The position numbers and the translations under genes were made by a program. A DNA stretch of 64,000 nucleotides, from the NCBI GenBank assembly GCA_047495785.1, contig JBLDXI010000021.1, positions 868,001 to 932,000 on the forward strand, given 5' to 3'. The notes beneath the pieces are model-generated. The model was not told the origin of the DNA. It saw only the letters and a program-made list of their open reading frames with translations, and searched no databases. Position 1 is the stretch's first letter. Every line of letters begins with the position of its first letter. This document shows positions 1 through 9,825 of this stretch, piece by piece. The DNA is from Lepidodermella squamata. Taxonomy: Eukaryota > Animalia > Gastrotricha.

Positions 1-345
1 TAAAAAAGTTGAAAAAAACTTCTCAGGGCAGTAAAAAAGTGAATGTTGTTTCGATAAATGGTTGTGTCTTTTTTCACCGATCGATACGCCACCGTGCGTG
101 ACACGTTGCGGCGGAGAGCAATAATGACATATCATTTTTCAGCCAGCACACGGCGATGATTTTTCACAGCAGGTGCAATATCGAGGAAGTGAGCCTAGCA
201 GGTGTTATTGAAAGTAGGAGTCAAGTTCAATCACTTTTTTCATATATAATTCAAGCACGCAAGCCATCGGTACACGTCGCAGAACTACTCTGTTACGATT
301 AGATTAAACAACGACGCATGCAAGTGAAAGCATGACAGCGCCTAG

Positions 346-2649
346 ATGAAAAAATTCCCCGCAATGCAGCCAAACTCGCTGCCCAGAATCCTAGGGGTTC
401 AGACGACCGAGCTTTCCGAGGACACGTCTCCCATGGGTCGTCGGAGAATGCATGCCCAACTACCTCCTAACAGCCTACTTTCAAATAACCACCCCGAGCC
501 GATGCATTTGAAACCCGTCAATCTTGAACTTAGCGCTGTTACGTCGGTAAAAATCGTCAATTCAAAACTGCCAGATCATCCCACATCGATATCGCCTACC
601 TTGGACTTGTCAGCGATGACCAAACTCAATTCAGATCACCCGCCACCCAAGTCATCAAAACATTTTGTAGAACAAGGTAGGCTTTTTTACCCCTGAAACG
701 AATCGCAAAAATCACGATTAACTTAGATGATTTGATAAATCCTGATAGTCGCCAATCTCCGCCACCATTCATCTCTTCGGTAACCCCTAAAATGCAGGGC
801 TTGGTGTGGGGTTCAGGTGGGTTTCCAGCCCGTTTGAAACCAGCTCGAGTTAAGCGCCAAACTCATAGCGGGAGACCTCAAGAAAACTCATTTAGCGACA
901 ACCTCCGTCCGCTCGAGCCGAAATTATTCGATTTTAATGTACCCGGTTACGCTGGTAATGATAACGTGAATGACGAGATCGACGATTTGGAGGAGCAAAA
1001 TCCTACTGGACCTTTAAGTTGGCTGCGACTGGACGACGACGACAACACGAATTTATTCGGCAAGAGTCAACCGCAACCGGCTCCTCCACCAACCACTGTT
1101 AATAATAACAATAGGACAACCCACGTCATTGACTACCTTGATACTCAACCTGCACCTTCTAGCCGACGAACGGCGGGATCACCTCGAACGACGAACAATA
1201 TAGAATCATTGGACGCACTCAATTTCACCCGGGTATGTTTTAGGTTTTTGGCTGTGAAACATCGAAACCGTAAATTTAGGGTTCCAACACTAGATTCTCC
1301 CGTAACAATGTTTTTTTCATGTTCGATGTCTTTCTAAATCGAAATATGATGCTCGATAGGTCTCAGTATCACGCGTATTTTGGCCTATGAGCGGTCAGTT
1401 AAAAAATTATAAGTATTCAGCCTGCAGAGGTGATATCGATTCCAAGCATCGATTCTAGAAATCAGTGATTTTTCTGATGTCAGTCGTGAAGTTGAACAAT
1501 TTTCTACTTAGCTACTTAGCTTAAAAATCCCAGGGTCGTGGGGCAAGTGGGGCATCAGTATAGTTCAAAAAAATAAAAAGCTGGAATCCCAAAGAATCGA
1601 AACAATTTAGGGACAAAATACTTTAATTTAGCGCTGTATGGCCTCAATTTAGAAGTACAACTATGTAGCTTTATCATGTTGTCTAATTTTCGTCTAAATT
1701 TGCAACAACAATAATGCACTGTGCTGCGAAAAGGGCGAAGCAAGTTCGACTGCCTCTTACATGAAATGTTGTTTATAGCGAGGTACAACCCCGATCTAAA
1801 CACCCAGAAGGATTCAATTAAGGCGAAACTATTTAAATAGATTAATCTGTCTTGTTGTAGCCTCTTTTCAAATTATACTCTAATTTTTGTTGTTGTTGTT
1901 GTCTAGTTTTAAACCGCTTTCTATCTTGATGTCTTATAGATTTCTTTAATGTCTGAAGATGACGTCAGATGACGTCGAAACGTCACAATCTCAAATAAAA
2001 AAGGAAAATGGTCGCAAATTCTTCGCGCTGTTGTTCACATTGAAAATTACAAAAAAGAAACATCTTATCAAAACAATAATGCAACTGATTTTTTTACCGT
2101 AACCTCTCGAATCATCGATTCATGATATGGTTTATTTATTTATTCCACTACCAGATGACGAAATCTTCATCAAACGATCGCATGTCACAGTTCAGTTTAC
2201 TAACCAGCAGCATCGCCAGTAGTAACAGCACTAACCAAAATAGTAACACGCTACCTGCTGTCAAGTTATTTCCCCCGGTTTCGGCAATGCCAGTAATTCC
2301 TTCACTTGGACACCAACTGTCTAATAGCAACAACGGAAATGGAAATTCTGCTGAGTCAACTCGTCCTGGATTGCCTCGTTTACCTCCGCTGAAGCAATTT
2401 CAACCAGCCACGCCAATGCGCGGCGAAAAAGGTAAAGCCAATCCTCCTCAAACAATGTCAAGTTTGAGCTCCTCGGCAACGGCCAAATCTCTACCAGCGT
2501 TTTCAATGTCTCTAGTTGGGACAAAAGCAATGACAGCTCCTGACAGGCGAAATCTGGTGGCTGATAATGAAAAAATGCTCTCACTTAGCAATTCTGAGGC
2601 TGAATTGACCAGTGCGTTCGTCAGGGAACGCAAGGATAAAAAATCATAA
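346..2649 (+). CDS. Low-complexity Pro/Ser/Asn-rich protein of unknown function (exons 346-676, 727-1232, 2155-2649; 5' end uncertain)
   Basis: Three ORF-track segments join in frame through GT-AG introns 677-726 (phase 1) and 1233-2154 (phase 0); no recognisable domain. Confidence 0.6.
1715..2030 (+). mobile_element. 5'-truncated Penelope-like element: C-terminus of the GIY-YIG endonuclease plus 3' terminal region, inside intron 2 of the first gene
   Basis: 1715-1840 translates CTVLRKGRSKFDCLLHEMLFIARYNPDLNTQKDSIKAKLFK*, matching the PLE endonuclease tail pattern (E..FI...P.LN.Q); followed by a T-rich tract, a hammerhead core and AATAAA. Confidence 0.8.
1948..1989 (+). ncRNA. Minimal type I hammerhead ribozyme (PLE-associated)
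   Basis: UGU-CUGAAGA-U-GACGUC-AGAU-GACGUC-GAAA-CG-UC-ACA: CUGANGA and GAAA core, 6-bp stem II, palindromic minimal stem III, GUC cleavage triplet, short stem I UGU/ACA. Confidence 0.75.
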
Positions 2650-2854
2650 AACCCCGATGATTCATAAGCAGGCGTTTATTTTCTCAACTTATCAATATCG
2701 TATAAAATATTAAAATTCGTGAATGTTAAATCGGTGCGACATGGCGTGTTCCGCTTCGTTCATTGCAATGTGCCATAACTGTGGAATAAAAATAAACAAA
2801 TTCAAAATTGGATCATCCGAAAACCATTAGAATACGTTAATATATAGAGTTAAA

Positions 2855-2919
2855 TCAGCGATAAAAGGTCTGTAGGTTTTTTAAATCAGAACTCATAGTG
2901 ATGCCCGTTTTATCATCAT
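2855..2919 (-). ncRNA. Box C/D snoRNA, copy 1 of 3 (antisense to 18S AGGUCUGUGAUGCCC)
   Basis: ATGATGA...GGGCATCACT-ATGA(D')...CCTACAGACCT...CTGA; D box 76 nt from the 3' splice site. Confidence 0.88.
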
Positions 2920-3204
2920 TACATTCTACCGAATTACTTACAAATTTCAAACACAAAATCTCACCTTCGGTTCGTTTCTGCACATTATGAGGAGGATTCC
3001 GCAAGGAACATTGTCAAGATGCACCATCCGAGTGAACTATCGTTGCACGAAAGCGTCCGTTGAACGAGGTCCACATCGACCAGCTCAAAACTCTTGCGTC
3101 TTCGATAATCGAGTCCAATCATAATTGATCACTGAAACGAAATACGCACAGATTAGTGAGATGAGCGTCATACGCGAAGTTAACTTCAACTGAAATAAGT
3201 GCAG

Positions 3205-3269
3205 TCAGTGATAAAAGGTCTGTAGGTTTTTGAAATCAGTATTCATAGTGATGCCCGTTTTTTCATCAG
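3205..3269 (-). ncRNA. Box C/D snoRNA, copy 2 of 3
   Basis: CTGATGA...CTGA with guide elements identical to copy 1; D box 73 nt from the 3' splice site. Confidence 0.88.
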
Positions 3270-3445
3270 ATAGAAAGAAACATGAATAAGCAATAGAATT
3301 ATTCATTTACCACATCAATATCAAGGTGAAACCGAACAGGTCAACGTCCATAACGCAGCGTGGGGTGATTCAACATCTGAAAAGCAAATATATCTTTTAT
3401 CGAGATGAACATGATGATTGAACATATTATTTATATCAATGAAAT

Positions 3446-3510
3446 TCAGTGATATTAGGTCTGTAGGTGTTTAAAATCAGTAGTCATAGTGATGCCCGTT
3501 TTTTCATCAT
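3446..3510 (-). ncRNA. Box C/D snoRNA, copy 3 of 3
   Basis: ATGATGA...CTGA with the same guide elements; D box 69 nt from the 3' splice site. Confidence 0.88.
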
Positions 3511-3667
3511 AACTATAGGAAAATCTATCACAATAAATCAATGCTTACCTGGATAGCTCAGTTGGACAACTTTGAGTACAGTTGAAGTCAATCCTGAAAA
3601 CGAAAAAAACAGCGTGAACAGTTGAAAAGTCGAATCGAAGTTAATGAGAGGATATACAATGCGATAA

Positions 3668-3725
3668 TCAGTACAGGTGAAAGAGTTATATCATTACGGA
3701 AGTTCGGCCTATAGTGTTTCATCAC
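3668..3725 (-). ncRNA. Box C/D snoRNA of a different family (target not identified)
   Basis: GTGATGA-AACACTATAGG-CCGA(D')...ATGATA(C')...CTCTTTCACCTGTA-CTGA; D box 74 nt from the 3' splice site. Confidence 0.8.
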
Positions 3726-3926
3726 TTTGACACATTTTAACACATTCACTATGAACTTACAGATTTTAACACGCTCTCCATCATCGTAAATTATTTCGAA
3801 TTAATAATCTAAAAAATCACAATAAATTACATTCAAGTTTCTAGCACCATGAAATTTGATTCTTGCAAGCTGAATTAGTAAAAAATATCAAACGAGTCAA
3901 ATAAGGTTAATATCCATTATCCATGA

Positions 3927-4694
3927 TTATTTGTTCAGCACAATCACTTTGCCATCATCACAGCCTATATAAGCTTTTTCGGCCATATCGATGAAGAGTC
4001 CGGTTTCCAAAACACCGGGAATCATTTTTAGATGAGTGTTGATTTCGCTCCATTGTTTTGTAGTGCGCTGTGTATCAGGCGTAAACTGCCAATCCAAAAT
4101 GAAGTTGCCATTGTCGGTGACAACTGGTCCTGCTTTCTTGGCAGCCATTCGAAGCACTGCTGTGCCACCGAGGGTTTTTTCAATTTTCGATTTGACAGGA
4201 ACGTAAGCCAACGGCAACACTTCAATGGGGATACCTTTAGTCCAACGTTCGCCGAGATGTTTCGAGTTTTTTGTTGGATCAGCCACAAGTACGAACTTGC
4301 TCGCACAATAAGCGACGCATTTTTCCTAAGGAAGAGTAGAATATAGAAAATAACAAAGTATAATAATAAAACAAACCTGCAAATGGCATCCTCCTCCGCC
4401 TTTGATGCAATTTAACGATGTGTCCAATTCATCAGCTCCGTCAATAGCAACATCAAGGGAAGAACACTGTTCCAGATCAGCTACCTTTATCCCATGCTCC
4501 ATCAAAAGCTGCCGACTTTGAAAGGAAGTAGGGACGCAAGTAACATTTTGAATAGTTCCGTTCTTAACCAATGAAGCCAAATGCTTGACAGCAAAAACAA
4601 TGGTGCTTCCACTTCCGATACCAACATTCATATTCGATTTAACATAATCATTGACGGCAGCAACTCCTGCGGCTGATTTAGCAGCGTCAGACAT
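3927..4694 (-). CDS. RPIA: Ribose-5-phosphate isomerase A (exons 4694-4377, 4325-3927)
   Basis: GIGSGST, DGADE, IKGGGG..LQ|EK, GPVVTDNGN and GVLETGLF motifs. Confidence 0.97.
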
Positions 4695-5424
4695 TACAGT
4701 TGTACAGAACGACTTCGTAGGCAGAATCTATGTTACAAAAATTCTCAAGTTAATGATTATACTTAGTCGAGAAGAAACAAGTCTAACCGTGAGAGACCGA
4801 AGAAACCTCAATGTCATAAGTTCAAAACACTTGAAGCTGGGCTTACCCTTTGATCAGTATATATTCTGAAGCGAATACCTGATGCAGAAATCACTGAGTG
4901 ACGATTCTGGTAGAACAGTGGACAGTACCAAGAAGGACCGCGTGTCATGCCGGAATCCGATCCGATAGGCGCGCATCACTAGATCATATGCAACCCACGT
5001 GTGTATCAAACGATCATCACAGAAAAATTGTTTTAATTTGTTAAATAACTAAAAACAAATGAAAAAATTATTTTCCAATATTAAAATGGTTTGTCTGGGT
5101 TGAGTTTGTTTTTTGCGGCGTCGAAGGGGTGCCCCAGCGTTGTTTTTCCTTTTTTCTACGTTTTTTGCGGCCTAGTTAAGGACCGTTCTTCTAGCTGGTT
5201 TTTCAGACTAAATCTGATGCATTTGCCGGCTTTATGATATTCATTCCCTGAAACAACTTTGTGGCGGCTAGCATAAGCTATTTATGGCTCTGATTTGAAC
5301 TGGCAGAATTCAGTTTGGCTTTGATTACTCAACTCTCTATCCTGTGATGATGTTAGCGGCTCAACGTCTAGCTTTCGGCTTTCATGTTTGGATCCCAAGG
5401 TTTAATGTTTTGTATTTCTTGCAG

Positions 5425-6384
5425 ATGGATGTTAATTTAGATGTAACTCTACATAACGTCGTTTGCTGCTTCCACACGAAATGTCATATTAAACTCAAAG
5501 ACTTTTGTTTGAAAGCGAAGAATGTGGAGTACATCAAGGAACACGGGATGGTTCGCCTTCGACTTCGGAAGCCTGCAACAACGTCCAGTATATGGGCATC
5601 AGGAAAAATCTCGGTGACTGGCGCCAAAAGTGAACAAGAAGCGAAGCAAGCGGCTCGACGAGTCGCGAGGATTTTACAGAGAGCTGGATATGACATCAAA
5701 ATTTACAACTATCGCGTCGTCAATATATTGGCCAAATGCACTCTTCCTTTCGAGGTTCGCCTCGATTCTTTCGCTGGTGCCAATCGTGATAAAGGGGCGC
5801 AATATGAACCAGAACTTCATCCTGCTGTGCTGGTTTCTTTGCAGAATCCAAAAGCTGTCCTTCATGTCTTCTCAACTGGCAGTGTCACTGTTACAACCGC
5901 CAGTATCAATAACCTCTCGGCAGCTCTCGGTTTCCTTTACCCACTAGTCGTACAGCACAAAATCGTGCCATTACCTTCAGCTCCTGCCGCTCCTGTAATT
6001 CAATCCATTCCTCCGAATCCTATGTCGATTTCCCAATTCTCTGCTCAAATGGCTGGGCAGAGTAACGGGAGGCCTTATATGAATGGCATGACTCGTGCTA
6101 ACCCAGCTCTTGTCAAATCCGACTATCGGGTGGCGAGAATCGACAAGCAATATGGTGCCAAGTTTGGTGTTGTCGATGATATAGAAGAGGAAGAAGGTGG
6201 CTTGAATGGCGGCGAGCTTGCTCATCATTGCAATTATCCTCGAGGTGCTACAATCGTGAAACCAGTGGCTGACAGCCATTTCTTCAATGGTGACAGGAGG
6301 GGACTCAAACGGCGAATGAGCTGCGAAGAATCTTTAGGGCCGGCAGATGATCTCACGAGTGATACAGAATCTGGAGGTAGTTAG
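5425..6384 (+). CDS. TBPL1: TBP-like factor TRF2/TLF with C-terminal extension
   Basis: NVVCCF..KCH, LRKPATTSSIWASGKISVTGA and YEPELHPA core of TRF2 type; probable true ATG at 5425 directly after acceptor ttgcag. Confidence 0.92.
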   Translation: MDVNLDVTLHNVVCCFHTKCHIKLKDFCLKAKNVEYIKEHGMVRLRLRKPATTSSIWASGKISVTGAKSEQEAKQAARRVARILQRAGYDIKIYNYRVVNILAKCTLPFEVRLDSFAGANRDKGAQYEPELHPAVLVSLQNPKAVLHVFSTGSVTVTTASINNLSAALGFLYPLVVQHKIVPLPSAPAAPVIQSIPPNPMSISQFSAQMAGQSNGRPYMNGMTRANPALVKSDYRVARIDKQYGAKFGVVDDIEEEEGGLNGGELAHHCNYPRGATIVKPVADSHFFNGDRRGLKRRMSCEESLGPADDLTSDTESGGS

Positions 6385-6745
6385 TTTCATTATATATACT
6401 GATGCGCTAAATGAATAGAACACCTCACGACAGCTCTTTGTTCAAATCCGTCTCGCTATCTGTTCAGCAACAACGCCAGATGAATGCTTCGAGCTCTGCA
6501 CCCAGTGATATTTGATTCTTTTTAATAAACATGTTGATCTTATTATATCAGCGGGTATTATGTACTTTCTACTAGGCATTCAAGATGTGTCGACGCTTTC
6601 TCTAATTACCGTAATACGAACACATCCTTGAACGTCATGTTTACAAGCAACAAGAAGTAAATATTTCACAATTGTTGATCGGGCGATTTTTATTTTTTAG
6701 ACTTCTTACTGATCTATTTGCTTCGAATTCTTATCCGCATTAACA

Positions 6746-7915
6746 ATGCCCCAATACTTTCAATACCTGTCGAAGGAGAAGGAGGCCGAATTGAAGGCCA
6801 ATGCTGAGTACATCGTTTCGAAGGGCAAGGGTATCTTGGCCGCTGATGAGTCAACTGGAACTATTGCCAAGCGTTTCGAGGGTGCCCAGATCCCCAATGA
6901 CGAAGAAAACCGTCGCCTGTACCGCCAACTCCTCTTCACCGCCCCATCGGCTGACATCGAGCGTCACATTGGCGGTGTCATCATGTATCACGAAACCTTC
7001 TACCAGAAGGCCGATGATGGTACCCCCTTCGTCGAATTGTTGAAGAAGCGCGGAATTATGCCCGGTATCAAGGTCGACAAGGGTCTCATCCCCCTGGCTG
7101 GCACTGACGGTGAACAAACCACCCAGGGCATGGACTCGCTCGGCGAGCGTTGCGCCCAATACAAGAAGGATGGTGCTGTTTTCGCCAAGTGGCGTTGCGC
7201 CCTCTTCATCAAGCCGTACGCCCCCAGCTACGGTGCTATGATCGAAAACGCCCAGGTCCTGGCTCGCTACGCCAGCATTTGCCAACAAAACGGCATCGTC
7301 CCGATTGTTGAGCCTGAAATCCTGCAAGACGGCGACCATGACCTTGCTACCTGCGAGAAGGTCACCGAGGAGGTCCTGTCTTTTGTCTACAAGGCCCTCG
7401 CCGAACAGCACGTTTACCTGGAAGGCACCCTGTTGAAGCCGAACATGTGCACCCCCGGTGTTTCCTACGCACACCGCGCTGGTCCTCAGGACATCGCCGC
7501 TGCAACTGTCACCGCCCTGCAACGCACTGTCCCAGCTGCCGTTCCCGGCGTCGTTTTCCTGTCTGGTGGCCAGTCGGAACTCGAGGCAACCGTCAACCTC
7601 AATGCCATCAACCAGTTCCAGGGCAAGAAGCCGTGGGCTCTCACTTTCAGCTATGGCCGTGCTCTGCAGCACTCCGTCATCCGCACCTGGGCTGGCAAGA
7701 AGGAAAACGTTGCCGCCGCTCAGGACGTCCTCGCCAAGTTGGCCAAGGTAAACATTTGAAATACCTTCAATATTTGATTCATTAAATTTCAATATTTTAC
7801 CCTGTCATTTTAATTTTAGAACAACGGTCAAGCTTCGATGGGCGAATACGTCCACGGTGCCAATGATCCCACCACCGCTGGCGACTCTCTCTTCGTTGCC
7901 AAGCACGCCTATTAA
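6746..7915 (+). CDS. ALDO: Fructose-bisphosphate aldolase class I (intron 7748-7819)
   Basis: [43 protein letters not shown] and C-terminal HAY; strong C-ending codon bias. Confidence 0.98.
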
Positions 7916-8516
7916 ATCAAGAGCAAATTTGTGACTGAATTACAAAGACTTTTTCAACGTTGGAATAGACCTGCCCGAGTTTTTGATGCTATATATTTCT
8001 CGCTTATCCCTCACAGAGTATATTTTTTTCGTTTTTTCCGCACCTATTGAGAGAGATTCATCAACTACTATGCTAGTGTTTTCGATTACTGATAAAAATC
8101 AGTAGCAAAAATTGTCTATAATGTTGCCTGAATCGAGCATGCGCTTGTTATTATTGTTGAGAGGTAGCATTTAAAACGTGTATTCTTCCTTGATAATCTA
8201 GATCGCGAGTCTTTTTGTACTTCTACTCTATCCCAGTGCGGACAAGATCGACGCCATTTTTTTGCTGTGTTAGCATATTATATCATCGGACGTCTGGTGA
8301 TATATTGAAATTATTATTATAGATTCACCTGTGCTCGATTCTAATGATGTCATTCATATTTCTAACCGTCAATTGATATAATTTAATTTAAGAATATACT
8401 TATTGCCCTTGTTCACGGTTTCGATGGAGTATTTACCAATAAACTGTGTCTTGCGTTTAATGAAATGCGGTTTTTTGTTTCAAAGTTATATATTTATTAA
8501 AGAAAACTTATTGTGT

Positions 8517-9757
8517 ATGGCGGAGGCTGATGCAAACAAAAAGCCCGACGAGGCTGGTTATGAAAAATTCCCTTATCGGTCCGAGGATACTCGCAATGCC
8601 CAGAAAGAGAAGGGATTCCTTTCAAAGATTTGGACAGGTCGGGAAAATAAAACGCACGTCGACTGCGAGTCACGTGTACAATGGTGTGTTAAGAATGGTA
8701 AATTACCTGAAATTTCATTCATCCTCAGTAAATAATAATGTGTGACTAGACTACATGGTGAAGCTGATGATGGGCGCGTTGAAAGCACACGGCTGGTATG
8801 TTGCGGCTTTTTCCTTATCAAAAGAGCGATTTTTTAAGTTTGTTGCCCTTTCATTCAGCGAAGTGAAATTGGGACGGCACATTTCTTGCGAGGACTGCGA
8901 GCAAAAACTGAGTGGTGGTTTTGACCCCTCTAAATGCCAGGTTCGAGACTTGCGTAAAGCTTTCATAATGAATGGTAATTTTGTCTGGTATTCAGGTCGT
9001 TGTTTGTCAGAACCACTCGAAAAACCGCCCTGTTGTGTGTAGCGTCGTGGCTCACGAGTTGATTCACGCTTTCGACTTTTGCCGAGCGAATGCGAGATAT
9101 TCCGATTCGCTCGAACACCACGCATGCACAGAAATACGTGCGGCTAACCTCATGCATTGCAGCTACGGAGCTGCTGTACGCCACGGCTCGGTACCTTTTG
9201 GTATAGTGAAGGTAAGGTTCGCAATAGATAGGATTTATGTGTATTATTACGATTTTTTGCAGTAACTGCGTGTAAATACCGATCTTTCTTATTAAGCTGG
9301 GTGCTTTTTTTCTGCGAAACCGCGCCTTATAGCATTCTTGCCTACGCCCTAGAACATGAAAAAATCACCTTTGTATTTATCGCTGCGCAAAAAAACACCG
9401 AGAAATCGGACCCCTAGTTGATTCCACATATTATTGACAGATCGTTTATTTCGAAGAAAGCGCACATGTTCTCAAGATCATGATGAAATTTTGCGAAAGA
9501 TTCCAGGTTTATGCTAAGAATCCGAAAATTTATTTCAGGAAAGGCAGCAGGATTGCGTCCGATTCAAAGCATTGCAGTCTGTAATGGCCGTGCGACCGGG
9601 TCTACCAGTTGAAACCGCCATGATTGCGATTGATCGGGTATTCGATCGCTGTTACGCCGATCTGGAACCAGTTGGTCGGGTTCCAATGAAACACGACGAA
9701 CGTGACTTTTTCCGTGCGTATGCTGAGAGTGTTCTCTTTAAACATAAAGTGACTTGA
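8517..9757 (+). CDS. ATP23: Mitochondrial inner membrane metalloprotease ATP23 (5 exons)
   Basis: SCEDC...SGGFDP, VVVCQN, HELIHAFD (HEXXH), ACTEIRAANL, VFDRCYADLEP. Confidence 0.95.
9295..9418. mobile_element. Possible small non-autonomous element (Helitron/Helentron-like end) in the long ATP23 intron
   Basis: Imperfect inverted repeat GGTGCTTTTTT..GCG / CGCAAAAAAACACC, then hairpin CCGA-GAAA-TCGG and CTAG|T; shares GAACATGAAAAAA (inverted) with the intron near 1312. Confidence 0.3.
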
Positions 9758-9825
9758 AAAAATGAATGAAATATGAAATATCCTGGTCAAATGAAATTAT
9801 TTGAAATTAAAATGCATTTTTAGTG

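Larger units (their letters stand above)
2670..3808 (-). ncRNA. Spliced non-coding snoRNA host transcript, UHG/GAS5-like (exons 3808-3761, 3593-3549, 3376-3311, 3131-2965, 2778-~2670)
   Basis: Four clean GT-AG introns each contain one C/D snoRNA; the first ATG of the spliced exons gives only MMESVLKSD*; AATAAA on the minus strand near 2674-2679. Confidence 0.8.

Noticed and set aside
1531-1555. CAGGGTCGTGGGGCAAGTGGGGCA looks like one end of a DNA transposon
   Set aside because: No matching inverted partner or target duplication found in the window.
2855-3510. Regularly spaced ~65-nt direct repeats could suggest a CRISPR-like or satellite array
   Set aside because: The context is eukaryotic and each copy is an intronic C/D snoRNA.
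5230-5400. C-box-like words (ATGATA, GTGATGA) and CTGA upstream of TRF2
   Set aside because: The boxes do not form a consistent C...D unit with suitable spacing or a guide.
6851-7792. 313-aa antisense ORF over aldolase
   Set aside because: A shadow ORF produced by the strong codon bias of a highly expressed gene.
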